Source: Azolla caroliniana (taxonomy: Eukaryota; Plantae; Polypodiophyta). From it: a stretch of 64,000 bases of DNA. Position 1 is the first letter of the stretch; every line of letters starts with the position of its first letter. Location: NCBI GenBank assembly GCA_043228905.1, contig JBHGNT010000006.1:22320001-22384000 (forward strand), in the 5' to 3' direction. Of this stretch, positions 1-12,941 are shown piece by piece. The notes beneath the pieces were generated by a model. It made no database searches. It was not told the origin of the DNA and saw only the letters and a program-made list of their open reading frames with translations. Position numbers and translations under genes: made by a program.

Positions 1-2043
1 TCGGATCGGAATCCCGTCCGGATCACCTTCCATCCTAACTGGCTTCCGACTTTACCTTTCTTGCCGCCACCTCCCGTCTCTCCGGTCTCACGTTGCTTCT
101 CAGACACAACTGCCGAAGTCTCTAGGATTAGTGGGTAGGAATCCTCGGTATTATCATCCTCCATTGTTTCACCCATAGCCATATTCTCGGCTATCTCTCC
201 GTCGTATGCATCGACTTCGACCTTTGTTTTCTCTCCGCCACCTTCCGTCTCTTCGGTCTCACGTTGCCTTTCGAACCCAACCGCCGGAGTCTCTGGAATT
301 AGTGGTGGGGAAGTCTCGATATGGCCATCTGTCGTTGATTCGTCCATAGCCACCTTCAATTCGATGTCATCTTTCGTGGTGACCTCCTCAATCACATCCA
401 CTTCACACTCTTTATCTGCATCAATTATGCAAACATCTATTATGCTTACCCCTTTTTGACCCGATGTCTCGGGCACTTGTATCCCGAAATTTCCTTCTAC
501 ACTTGAATTATCGGCCTTATCCTTCGCCATCGTTCTTTCACAAGACGAGTGGGTGTCTTGTTCCACTCTTTCTCCCGTGGTACCATCATGTTGTATTTCG
601 GCCTTCATATTGGCTTCATCGTTTTTCCTCAATCGACCATCCTTCATGGGCCATGTCGTTGTTGACGAGATTCTCATCTTCCTCTCATCATGTCTCCGGC
701 ATACCCTTTCGACTTTGGCCCAATCCTCGGTAAGGCCGTTCGCACCGTCATCATCTTCGAGTTCGATCCCAATGTCCATCCTTTCTTTCCGATCGATCGA
801 TCTTACGAACATTAAGACTTTATCTTCTCCCACCAATCTTCGTTCCCGCTCCGAGAGTCGAGCAAAACGATGCTCGAACTCTAGGAATGCTTGTGTTGCA
901 CTTCGGTGGGTCTTCTCCGATGCCACCCATTCGTCGAATTCTCGCCGATCTTTTCCCTTCGATCTCTTGTAATCATATGCCTCTCGTAAAGCTTCTTCGA
1001 ATGATCCCCATGTCAAGTTTTGTTGCCGTATCTTGTGGATTCTCTCTTGTAGCTCATCCGTGGCCACCCGATTGAAGGATGTCACTTGCAATCCTTCTGG
1101 TATCCCACATCGTATCATCTCCGCCTTGTAGTCACGTAGATAGCATGACACATCGTTTCCGTTGAATTGTCCATTTCGTTGTACGAGCCGCTTTACTGCC
1201 CCCGTGATCTCCGACATCGCTCGTTGTTCTTGTAGCATCCGCTCGAACATCATCATCATCGTTATGCTCATTGCCTCTTGTTGATTCTCCATCTCCTTGC
1301 CACCCGCCTTCACGTCGGGTTCACCAACTGTGTCGTGCCTTTCGGCTCCGGATCGTTTGCGTGAGTCGGGTGGGAACCACCGGGGTTTTGGACTAGGAGG
1401 AGGAAGAATTTGAGGCTAATCTTGTGAATCCCACAAGTATTACATTAATCAATATTTATGTAAGAATATGAATTTAGATTGAAAGAGATAGATTATCTTA
1501 AACTTCGTGAATCCCACGAGTATATTTTATTAATTGGTGTTTTAGGAAATATATCCAATTTCCCAAATATTTTTCACACACCTATTACATTGTGCTCCCC
1601 ATCCTTATGTAGTGATGGGAGAGACTAAGCATAGCTACATGCTTTTTTTAATCCTTGCTTTTATTTGCTAAATATAGTGCTCATGCACGCTAGATGTGCA
1701 TGAGTCACTTTTTAGTCGCTTGCGTTTTTCTATAAAATATTCACGCACTCTAAAAATACATGATTTACCTTTTAATAAAGGTAGGCGCAAATAAAGCACT
1801 TATAGTTATTAAATCTATTTATAGAACACTAAAGATAAGGTAGCATAATGGTAAAGTTGAAGTTTGGCTACGTGGAGGTACAAGGTTCAAATCTTGCCCT
1901 ATGCACGTGATAAATATCTTGATATTCTTATTTTATTTATTGGTGATAAATATCTTAATATTCTTATTTTATTTATTTATATGTAATTAAATCGGTTATA
2001 TTATTTTTACTTTTTCACGTAGTGTACGAAATACACTACGACA
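1..2043 (-). mobile_element. Ty3/gypsy element, family A, 5' part (5' LTR 1331-2043, tRNA-Trp PBS 1309-1326, degenerate gag running off the window start)
   Basis: LTR bounded by TGTCGT (1331) and ACGACA (2043) and homologous to 37736-38390 and 42998-43744. The minus-strand TGGTGAACCCGACGTGAA is complementary to the plant tRNA-Trp 3' end. The downstream gag-like reading (MMMFERMLQEQRAMSEI...QRNGQFNGNDVS) matches ORF 37494-37718. Confidence 0.85.
1841..1897 (+). promoter_or_regulatory. tRNA-like Pol III internal promoter (A box + B box) inside family A LTR
   Basis: TAGCATAATGG at 1841 fits A box TRGCNNARYGG. GGTTCAAATC has its GTTC G at 1885, 44 nt downstream as in tRNAs. CAAG/CTTG stem flanks the B box. 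No acceptor stem. Confidence 0.6.
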
Positions 2044-2590
2044 CCGCATTGTAGGATTCCAAGTAGAATGGGACTTTGTCCCTGTTGAAACGACCGACTC
2101 TTTCGACCACTCGCTCAACCGCTTGTTGCGTCGTCTCTCTTCTTGTTGTTGCTCGTCCAAACTCCCTCACCGCCTCAATGAAAAGTTACCTGAAGTCGTC
2201 TTCTTCCAACTCCATTCTCCCTTGCCGCCCCTTCACGTCGGGTTCACCAAATATGTCGCGTTATTACATGCGTGCGTGTAAGAAGGGGCTGGACTGTCGA
2301 ATACGAGTGTATAATGGCCATATTCACACTGTCCCTTTGGACAACCCAAGTTCGGGCTATTTCTGTAAATAGCATAAAGGGCAGTTGCCCTAGGATAGTC
2401 ACTATATAAAGTGACTTTGTAACCTTTAGTGAAGGTTGGTTGTCATTTGTAATGATTGCTATTGGAATATAATTGTTCCTTTGTGCCTCTCTCTCTCTCT
2501 CTCCCCCTCTGTGTCTATCTTGCTCATGCATACACAGATTCCTTCATCACGAATGTTGCTTGCACTTCCTTCCGCATTAACGACCTTGCC
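2044..2590. repeat. ~545-bp near-identical duplicate of 3429-3971 (gag start + PBS + LTR-B stub + most of copia LTR)
   Basis: Direct match at offset 1385: PBS 2232-2249 vs 3617-3634, and ORFs 2076-2372 and 3461-3757 are almost identical. Confidence 0.9.
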
Positions 2591-2957
2591 ATAAGACCAT
2601 ACCTCAAACCCCATGTAATTTTTCATTTATAATGTTAATTACATGTTTTTAATTATGCTTCTTTCCCTCTCTCTCTCTCTCTCTCTTCTAATCGTGTCTT
2701 AATTATGTTTCTCTAGTTCGTAATAGCACCTCTCTATTTCATTTCTATTAGTATGGTAATCCTCTTCCCTCCCCGTAACCCTTGTTTTTAAATTTTAATT
2801 ATGTTTTTCGTCTCGTATTTTAGTTTTAATCTTAGGTTTATTTATGTCTTAATCTCTCTCTCTCTCTCTCTTTAGTTTTAATCTTAGGTTTATTTACGTT
2901 TTAATCTCTCACTCTCTCTCTTTCTCTTTAGCTTTAATCTTAGGTTTATTTATGTTT

Positions 2958-3003
<46 letters not shown>

Positions 3004-3679
3004 TTTAATTAGTATGTTAATCCCCCTCCCTTTAAGCCTATCTTTTAATTTTAATTTCTTCCTAATTACCCCACCCTTTACTTTATTTTTAGGTTCATGT
3101 TTCTAGATTTAGATTTCATGTTTGTTAGTTTTCGGGTTATGTTTTTTGTTTTAGTGTTTATGTTTCTAATCTTAGTGTTTTAAACCCCCACCCCTCTTCC
3201 TTTTTGTTATTCCTAATCATGCCGGCTCCCTCTCCTTTCTTCTACCTCGTCTTCGATTCGGGTGCGCTCAAATCGAGCGTGGTGTTCCTCTTCGCCTACC
3301 TCTACCCGCCGATTATCGACCATTCCGCACTCCTTGTTCCGACCGTAAGGTCCATAAACTTACAATGACGACGATCCGACAGAAGAACTCCAGCCTCAAT
3401 GCCTCGTCTACATTTCGCTCCTCCATTTCCGCATTGTAGGATTCCAAGTAGAATGGGACTTTGTCCCTGTTGAAACGGCCGACTCTTTCGACCACTCGCT
3501 CAACCGCTTGTTGCGTCGTCTCTCTTCTTGTTGTTGCTCGTCCAAACTCCCTCACCGCCTCAACGAAAAGTTACCTGAAGTCGTCTTCTTCCAACTCCAT
3601 TCTCCCTTGCCGCCCCTTCACGTCGGGTTCACCAAATATGTCGCGTTATTACATGCGTGCGTGTAAGAAGGGGCTGGAC

Positions 3680-6600
3680 TGTCGAATACGAGTGTATAAT
3701 GGCCGTATTCACACTGTCCCTTTGGACAACCCAAGTTCGGGCTATTTCTGTAAATAGCATAAAGGGCAGTTGCCCTAGGATAGTCACTATATAAAGTGAC
3801 TTTGTAACCTTTAGTGAAGGTTGGTTGTCATTTGTAATGATTGCTATTGGAATATAATTGTTCCTTTGTGCCTCTCTCTCTCTCTCTCTCCCCCTCTGTG
3901 TCTATCTTGCTCATGCATACACAGATTCCTTCATCACGAATGTTGCTTGCACTTCCGCATTAACGACCTTGTCCCCAACATTTGGTATCAGAGCGTTGGA
4001 GGTTCTTCAACTCGCTGCCAGCCGTCATCGCACAACACAACATTCTGTTTTCGTTTTCTTTGAAGAACAGAGAAGGGAGAAGAAAAACAAAAAGCTCGCT
4101 TCTCACTGTGTTAAATCACAAATTGGAGTAAGCCAGTCAGTTGTACTCTGTTCCTGTTATTGTAACCGCTTGAGGGGAGCTCCTTGAGCAACAACCAACC
4201 ACTTTATGCTTCACTCGGCTGATCGACATTTGGGAGGATCAATTGGATCTGTCCCTCTCATCGTTGCAGTCATCCGAAGCAGAATCGGCCCAAACAATCG
4301 GTTTCGTGTAATCGGTATTCGGCATACAATCAGAAGCTAACTGGGCTCACTCCAACTCGGCAACATTCGGGAAGACCAGCCGGTTATGTTACCGGAGTCA
4401 CTCCGAGCAAGTTCAACAACAAGTATCCGAAACCAAACTGACTCGGGTTCAAAACCGACTAGAATGATATCGAGTGAGCCGACCGGCTGCACCCCCACTA
4501 AGGTTTGTAGTCAACTCCGAACCGAGTCTTACCAACCGAAACCGAAGCAGATGGCATCAACATCCGGCTCCGGAGATGAGTCTAAGGAGGTTCAACGGTT
4601 CGAACTTCAACTTCTAGAAGGAACAAATGCAGGATAGTCAAGGGTCAAATAGACCCAATTGAGAATGAAAATCCTCCAGAAGCATACAAGGCGAACGAGT
4701 GGCTAAAGCTGGACAGAATCGTTCGCGCCACGATTGGGATGCACTTGTCCGAGTTAGTGTACTTCACAGTGCAATCATGCATGACAGCATTTGAACTTTG
4801 GAAAACACTGTCGGAAACTTATGAAAAGAAGGTTGCCGCAACGAAGATGTATATGATCTGGCGCCTCTACAACTTGCGGATGAAAGAATCCGATTTGGTT
4901 CAGGCACACCTCAACGAGTATGAAAGCATAAGCTCCCAATTCTCGTCTCAGGGGACGACAATCGAGGATGAACTCAGAGCAATGATACTCATGAGTAGTC
5001 TCCCCTCTTCATGGGAAACTTTCTTTACAACCGTGTGCAATGCTTCAACAGCTGCAGTTAAGTACTCCGAAGTCACGAGCGCAATCCTAACTGAAGCAGC
5101 TCGGAGAAAGTCTTTCGCCAAAGACTCGGCAGATGAAGCTTATGTAGTACAAGGTTCGACCGACCGATCGAACAACCGGGTAAGAAGTTCTTCCTGACCG
5201 CCGAACAATCAGCGAAGCCGGAGCAAGTCCCGGGACAACCGAATCTGCAACTACTGCAAGAAACCGGGACACATCAAAGCCAACTGCTGAGCACTCAAAG
5301 CAAAAACCGACAAAGCTCAGAGAGAGGATCAGAAGAGTAGTCGGCATGAGGAGGTCAACTACGTCGACTCTTCAGCCGAAAATTTGACAACCAACCCAAA
5401 CATATTGTCCATAGAGAACCCAGTCGAATAAGAAGTTCTGCTTACGACTGAGGAATCGAGCACATGGCTCCTGGACTCAGGCGCATCGTAGCATGTGACA
5501 CCTCACCGATCTCAGTTTCGGCAATACTCGGACCGACACTCCGACTTAGTTCGAGTCGGAAACTCACCGCATTGTGCTATAATCGGAATCGGCACCGTAG
5601 AGCTCAATCTTCCGGCAGGCTCCACACTCATACTAAACAACGTCCGACACGTTCTTGAGCTTTCAAGACCCTTGATCTCAGTCGGACAACTTGACGAAGC
5701 CGGCATCCGTGATGGATTCTCATCAGGAGGGTGGACACTCCACAAAGGGAACCTCCTACTTGCTCGAGGACCAAAGGTACATTCCTTGTATCCTTTATAT
5801 GTCACACTCAAAGAGGGTGACTTATTTTTGGTTGATATCCCCGTGTCATCGTTATGGCACGGACGACTTGGACACCTCAGCAAGGCCGGCATAACGCACC
5901 TATCCAGAGCCGGTTACATCCCCAAACTCTCCTTCTCGGATCACCAATTCTTCGAGCATTGCCAATACGGCAAACAGGTAGCCACATCACACTCGACATC
6001 AGCACCAAGAGAATTGAGTCCCCTCGATTTGGTCCACTCGGACGTCTGTGGCCCGATGCCACATCAGTCTCTCGGTGGTGCTTCGTACTTCGTCAGTTTT
6101 ATTGATGACTCGACTCGGAAGGTGTGGGCTTACCCCATCAGAACCAAAGATCGGGTGTTCTTGATCTTCTCTGAATGGCTTGCAATGGTCGAAAATCAGA
6201 CCGGTCGGAAACTGAAATGTCTCCGAACCAACAATGGAGGAGAATTCAAGTTTGAAGAATTCGTCAAATTCTGTCGGGAACGCGACATTCGACGTGAATA
6301 TACGACACCCTATAGTCCGGAGCAGAACGGAATTGCTGAATGCATGAATCAGACGATTCAAGAATGCATAGTATCCATGCTCCAACACTCCGGACTGTCG
6401 GATGGCTTCTGGTCGGAGGCTCCACTTACGACAGTACACATAATAAATATGTCGCCAAGTACACCTCTAAGACTTCAAATACCTCAGTAAATATGGACCG
6501 ACAGTAAGCCGAATTATGACAAACTGAGGATCTTCGGTTGCAAGGCGTATGCTCTCATACCGAAAGACGACTGTCGGAAACTTGAACCATGGTCAAGGAA

Positions 6601-8893
6601 ATGTGTTTTTCATGGATATGGACCCAACGGCGAGATCAGATACCGACTTTGGGATCCCGAGCACAGACAAATCGTCCGAAGTTCGGACGTCGTGTTCAAC
6701 GAGTCGGCTATGCATAAAACGGCCGAAAGCCCTATTGAAGTCCGAAGGGTAATATTTTCCGAAGTGCCAACCCTTCATGACGGCCCAACCCACAACACGA
6801 GATCAGTTTCACGGGTAACCGACAACTCTCGCACCGTATCCACCGATTCTGCACAGCCGAATGGCTCGGCTCTCGACCATCCGACATTGACACCTGGTGT
6901 GACTAGTCCAATCATACCTCGCAGATCCGAGAGACTGTCGCAACCTCCGGAGAGGTACTCTCCTAGAATTTTCTTTACCGACATCGGCGAACCGACGTCT
7001 TACGAAGAAGCAACGACATCTGCCGATTCAGCCACATGGTATCTGGTGATGGAGTCGGAAATGCACTCCATTCGGGCAAACAAGACTTGCGACTTGGTCG
7101 AATTACCGAAGAATCGACGTGCTCTTCCGTGTAAGTGGGTCTATCGACTAAAAGAGACGTTTGACTCGACCATCCCAAAGTACAAGGCCAGATTAGTTGC
7201 GAAGGGATTTCGACAAGAATATGGCGTCGACGTCGATGAAATCTTTTCACCAGTGGTGAAAATGACGACCCTTCGTTTCATGCTTGGCGTCGTAGCTGCC
7301 GACAACTTGGAGCTGATTCAGCTAGATGTAAAAACGACATTCCTCCACGGTGACCTACGGGAGGAACTCTATATAGAGCAGCCGAAAGGCTTTGTGGCAT
7401 CCGGCTAGGAACATCTAGTCTACCGACTCAAGAAGAGTCTCTATGGCCTGAAACAGGCACCCCGACAATGGTACAAGAAGTTCGACGACTTCATCCAATC
7501 GGTCGGCTTCTCAAAGAGCAATGAGGACCACTGTCTCTTCACCAAAACAACTCAAGATGGGTCTCCCGTCTTCCTCATCATCTACGTGGACGACATGCTA
7601 CTCTCCGGTCGGCATGCCGGAGAGCTCACCGAACTCGTTCGGCAACTGCGGTTGAAGTTTGCCATGAAGGACCTCGGTTCGGCAAGACACATACTTGGTA
7701 TGAAGATTAGTCGGTATCGCGATACACGACAACTTTTCTTGTCTCAAACTGACTACATCAGACGTGTCTTAGAACGGTTCAACATGCAATCGGCCAAGTC
7801 TTCTTTGACCCCACTCCCCATTAACCTTCGGCTGTCTCAGCGAGACTGCCAAACATCTGGTCCGGAGGGGGAAGATATGATGTCTGGTCCAAACATCTCA
7901 CGCCGTAGGAGTCGTTAGCAGATTCATGCACAACCCCGGCCGATCGCATTGGAACGTAATCAAGCATGTGTTCAGATATCTAGCTGGCACAAAAGACCAC
8001 GACATTCTTTTCGGCCCGAACTCAACCTTAGGCGTAGTCGGTTACACCGGCTCGGACTTCGTCGGGTGTGTGGACAGTCGGAAATCAACAATCGGATATT
8101 GTTTCAAATTCGGCAATGGAGCAATCTCGTGGAAGTCAAAACTTCAAGAGGGCACAACCACCTCAACGACCGAAGCAGAATATGTAGCTACGTCCGACGC
8201 GGCAAAAGAAGCTTTATGGCTCGGTCGGCTAGCGCACACGTTTAGATAGGTCAACTCCGATTGTCTACAGCGACAGTCAGGGTGTTGTTGCTTTGTCAAA
8301 AAATCTGGTTCACCACAATGCCTCTAAGCATATCGACGTTCAATATTACTTCGTTCGGGACTGCGTCATTTCAAGGAAAATTAGTCTCGAGAAGATATCC
8401 ACAACCAATAATGTCGCAGATGGAATGACCAAGTGTCTTTCGGCGGATCGTTTCCGGTCCCTTCGGCACCAGATGGGCGTAACAAAAAATCGGTCTGATT
8501 AAAGTCGGACACACAACACAGGATGGTTTCGGACCACTGACATCGGTTCTCTGAGGATCGGCTTTAGCTCTTCCGACTCGACTGATTCGGTCTTCTGTCT
8601 TCGGATCTTGCCGACTCTGACAAAACTGATATGTCCGATAAACCTTGTATATATATTTGTAATTCTTTAAGATAACCCATGTATACGCCCATTACGGGGG
8701 AGTGTCGAATACGAGTGTATAATGGACGTATTCACACTGTCTCTTTGGACAACCCAAGTTCGGGCTATTTCTGTAAATAGCATAAAGGGCAGTTGCCCTA
8801 GGATAGTCACTATATAAAGTGACTTTGTAACCTTTAGTGAAGGTTGGTTGTCATTTGTAACGATTGCTATTGGAATATAATTGTTCCTTTGTG

Positions 8894-8935
<42 letters not shown>

Positions 8936-9019
8936 TGTGTCTATCTTGCTCATGCATACACAAATTCCTTCATCACGAATGTTGCTTGCACTTCCGCATT
9001 GACAACCTTGTCCCCAACA
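3680..9019 (+). mobile_element. Full-length Ty1/copia LTR retrotransposon (coding region decayed)
   Basis: LTRs 3680-3980 and 8703-9019 (TG...CA, about 6 substitutions plus a CT-repeat length difference). PBS TGGTATCAGAGC (tRNA-iMet) 3983-3994. PPT GGGGGAG before 8703. 5-bp TSD TGGAC/GGGAC. Domain order gag-PR-INT-RT-RH. Confidence 0.95.
4551..8502 (+). pseudogene. copia gag-pol polyprotein with stops/frameshifts
   Basis: Gag (ORF 4739-5197), zinc knuckle CNYCKKPGHIKANC, protease WLLDSGAS, integrase LWHGRLGH and DLVHSDVCGP, RT CKWVY..KARLVAKGF and YVDD, RNase H TTEAEY and KHIDV. Several in-frame stops. Confidence 0.9.
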
Positions 9020-9757
9020 GGGACCACGGGGATCTCGGATGAGGAAGAGATGGGTGTCGAGAAGCCGACTTCTCTCCAGTCCTGGCTAGACTGGTTGTGG
9101 TGCACCCCGGAGTGATTCCGGACGCGTACCAGCGGCTACCAAACACGAGAGAGGAAGAGAGAGAGAGAGACCACACGCACAATACCGACTTAAAACACAC
9201 CTCTTGTACAGGAAACAAAGGGGGAGAAACGCACCTGACACCAACATAGACACAAATACGCACAACCTTATTTATATATATAAATATAGGTGCAAGATAC
9301 AGTACCGGCTTCGACTCGGACCAAGGTAGGTTAGGTTGCAACAACCGCCTACTACCAAGCCGTCGATCGGGGAGCTCTCGGGCTCGTTGCGTCGAGCGGG
9401 GTCTTGCACCGGAGACCGAGTAGAAGCAGACCCCACTGAACAGACAAGCTCTTCACTGAGTTGAACCCTAAACAGACACAAAGAAGAAGACCTCAAGAAA
9501 CTCTAAAGTAAGAAGAAGAAGAACTAACACACCTTCGACCTAAGTGGTATACCCTCCTAACTCAAAATGGGCAACCCCTTCAAAAGGGACCCCTCCCTTC
9601 CTTTTATAGCCCAAGGAGGGAGAGACGTTACAATGTGGGATAAATTCCCGCATCTTATTCTATACATTGTTTCCTACTTTACACGTGCACATGTTGCACA
9701 CCACCGACTTGCTCGTTCCACCCCAGTTTCACATGATAACCGGAAATCTTCAGGACA

Positions 9758-12700
9758 ATGTGTCTTTGTCATATTTTCGCGATAGCGGTGCCGACATCAT
9801 TCGTTTCGAGGATAAACATCCTCCTGTTTCGGCGCCCTTGCACGATGACTTTGCCCTGTTCTTTGATGAAACACCCGTCGAGATGTGTGAACTGGACCTA
9901 CATCCCGTGGTCGACGATTTGTCCAACTAACATGAGATTCTTTGTGATTGTTGGAACGTGCAAGATGTTCATCAACTTTCCTTTCTGCCCAACATGGTTG
10001 AGGGTAACCTCACTGATCTGCTCGATGGTATGCGGGGTGTCGTCTCGGGTTTCGACCATCCCTGGTTGTTCCGATTTTTCTAAATAAGAAAACCACTCTG
10101 TGTGGCTTGTCATATGGTTTGATGCTTCGGAATTAATGCACCATACCTCGTTCGGTTTTGAGGTGTTTGTCTTCATCGAGCTAGCCTTGTGTTTCATCAC
10201 AAAGGCTGGACCTGATCAATTTCCAGAACCGGATCCTTCTGGTCCTTCCGCGTAGTGCGAGTTTTGTCAACTTCCCCGTCCGACCTTATTGGACGGCGCG
10301 ATGTCATGAAGATTCTGGGCCATGGTGAGAAACCGGGGTTTATCGGAGGAATTGGCGGGGTGGGACATGTGCACTCACCCTTGTACAAATCGTGTAAATG
10401 ATAGGGGCGCCATCATGGCACCGGACAGTAGTTAATTTGGAACAAAGGATCCTATGTAATAAGGGATTTATCCCACATTGTTACGCATCCCTCTCCTTGT
10501 TCTATAAAAAGGAAGGGAGCGCCCTTTGTGAAGGGTTGCCCATTTTTGAGTCATAAGGGTATACCATTTTAGTCGAGGGTCATTGCGGTTAAGAATTTTC
10601 TAGGGTTAGTAACTTCTTAGTAGTCTTCTTCGTCTTCTCCTTCTTGAGAAGTTGGGGGCCGCAGCCATGGCGGCAAAGCTCTGTTAGGGTTAAGTTCTTC
10701 TTCTTTTTTTGGGTCTTGCTTGGCTCGAAGCCGGGGGTTGTATCTTCCCCTTTCACATATATTTATTTTGTCTTCTCCTCATCTTGGTGTGTGGGTGCAT
10801 TGTCTCTGTTTTCTGTTAGGGTTTCGGTGTCTTCCGTGTGCGTGTGTAGGTGGTGTATTCGGTTGTCGCAGGTGGTGTGCGGACTGTCTGTGCTTTCCCC
10901 GAGTTCCTGCTCGTTGCCTCTCAGCACTCCGTTGTCCAGCATGTCTGCGAGTGTGTGTGTAGGTGTTGGCTTCTATCGCTTATGCAGAGCCTACGCGCTA
11001 GGTGGTTCGTTGGCAGGTTTCCCTCCTTGGCACGCAAGACCACACTCGGTTCAGCGAGCCTGTGTGCTCCCTGAAGGCAGCTTGGCACAGGAGGTTGTCG
11101 TTCTGGAAGAGATGTGCCCTGTACGAGGGTCCCGTTGCGCGGATGAGCCCGAGAGCTCCCCAACCGGCCCTAGGGTGCAAGCTCCCTCTTCCCCTCCGTG
11201 TGGAACTGGCATCGCAGTGAGCGGTGCGTGTGTAGGTGTGTGTGTGTGTGTCTGGTTAGCGTAGGATCCGAGAGCGGGTGCGTGTGTGGTCGCCAGTGTA
11301 GAGGTGCCAATTGTAACCGGGTGTGTATATGGGTGTGTGCGGGCGTGGTTAACCGGGCAGCGTCTCGTGCCTCTTTTGGGCCCCTTGTACATATGGGCGA
11401 AAGGGGAGGCAAGGACGAGGGCGCGCTCTCTCGCTTCCTGTGCGGTTACCGGTCACGTCCGGAGAGTATCCGAGATCGAACCGGCCGGCAACGCGGCAAG
11501 CTCCAGAAGATTCGGGTCCCCGGCAACTCCTCCCCTCCTGGTGGTCTCGCCCAAATTCGACATGCAAGCACGGATATCCGCAACAACGCTTTTTCCAACA
11601 CTTGCTCTCCCTATGGCCCTTCCGGCCACAATACCAACATTCCGTTGTGGTCTTCTCTTGCCGGTTTCAAGCGTCACTTTGACTCCCCTTGCTTTCGGAG
11701 GGTTCAGAATTGTTGTCGGCACCATCCTCGTGCCTTTGGTTCAGCTCTTGTCGGCCGCTTCCACCGTGTGCCGATCTGCCTCGTCCGCCATGACCATGGG
11801 GCGAATCTCCCTTTGTGTACATCATCTTGTTGTTGGTGTGCGTGCTCGTTGACGCACCCACGTGGTTCTCCTCTATTAGGAGCATCGACTGTAAGTCGAA
11901 AAATGAGGGCATATTCTCCCTTGTAAAGGCAGTTGTCCGGAATGCCCCGAACTTTGACGCTAGGCCCCCAAGACAAACTTGCACCATCTCATCTTCCTCA
12001 ACGGTCACATTAATAGAGGCAATTGAGTTGCAAATGTCTTTGATCCGGGCCGTATAGTCGGCCACCAACATGTCCTTCTGTCGGACATTGCTCAACTCCT
12101 GTCAAAGTTGTAGCTTCCGAGCCGTGGTGCTTGTGGCGAAGACCTTGTTCAGGTTTCCCCAAGCTTCCTTCAACATCTTGGGTCTTGGATATGACTCAGC
12201 AGTTGATCGCCAACATTGGACGCAAAACAATACATAACTCTGCTTGCTGCTTGCTCCCAAGTCGGGAAGTCCATGTGTGTCGTATCGTTGGCTCCATCAA
12301 CAGAACTCCAGTAGTCATGCCCAAGCAGGTACTGGTGCATCTTGTACGACCAAGATGTGTAGTTGGATTTGTCGAGCTTCTCCGTCGGGAGCGAGCTAGT
12401 CATTCCTCAGTCTATATCCTTCTTTTGTCCGTTCTTTACCAGGTGTTAGGGTTTGCGTTCAGAAAACGTTGTTTGCTGCAGAGGTTCTCAGCCTTCGCGC
12501 TCTGATACCATGTAAAAGTGAATATGCAAAAGCTAAGACAAAACCGGCTCAACCAGATGACAACAGAATACAGACAGGTTTAATGGAACCTTAAATACAC
12601 GGGAGAGATAGAGAGAGCAGAACAGTAAACTCAATCCAAAACAATAACACTATGTACATACAATGTGCTCAGTGAGCACTTTTATACAAGTCCTTGAAAA

Positions 12701-12941
12701 GGATTGACAGAAGTACTGATAAATACTTCAATGCTCATACGAGTGACTGACACTGACTCCCAAACATATGTCTACGTACTAGGCTAGATTCAGAGGCCTC
12801 TAACGGCCTACTAGTTACAATCCAATCCAGCTCCTGGTTCTAGATACCATCCAGACACCAATCCAATTCTTCGTTCCGGGCTCCGATCCAGCTCTGGCTT
12901 ATTCAGCCGATCCGGATCCGGTTGAGCTTGTCCGCTCAACA
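9758..12941 (-). mobile_element. Second Ty1/copia element, 5' remnant (5' LTR 12511-12941, PBS 12499-12510, gag, zinc knuckle, protease), interrupted by gypsy sequence
   Basis: Plus-strand GCTCTGATACCA (tRNA-iMet PBS) abuts LTR TGTAAAAG...GCTCAACA. Gag ORFs 12170-12403 (EKLDKSNYTSWSYKM) and 11667-12095. Knuckle ECWYCGRKGHRESKC near 11600-11645. Protease-region ORF 9898-10200 (WCINSEASNHMT, LHVPTITKNL). Confidence 0.8.
10302..11585 (+). mobile_element. Gypsy family-B-like 3' LTR with a short upstream internal remnant (about 10206-10301)
   Basis: Starts TGTCATGAAGATT (reverse complement of the family B end). Ends GTGGTCTC...CATGCAAGCACGGATATCCGCAACA, similar to the reverse complement of the family B start. 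Followed by ACGC, after which the copia zinc knuckle resumes. Confidence 0.6.

Larger units (their letters stand above)
3367..9757 (-). mobile_element. Ty3/gypsy family B remnant: gag N-terminus, Trp PBS (3617-3634) and 5' LTR split by a copia insertion (3639-3679 + 9020-9757)
   Basis: Joining TGTCGCGTTATTACATGCGTGCGTGTAAGAAGGGGCT-GGAC-CACGGGG reproduces the start of solo LTR 38535 (TGTCGCGTTGTTACGTGCATGCGTGTAGAAGTGGTGGGACCACGAGG). Right end CTTCAGGACA (9757) vs CTTCACGACA (39252). Gag-like ORF 3313-3555. Confidence 0.75.

Noticed and set aside
1834-1905. Functional tRNA genes at the LTR A/B box modules
   Set aside because: No acceptor stem and poor D or anticodon arms. Treated as tRNA-derived promoter-like sequence only.
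10644-11926. Many overlapping 70-240 aa ORFs
   Set aside because: GC-rich LTR sequence and antisense of copia gag, with no recognisable protein motifs.
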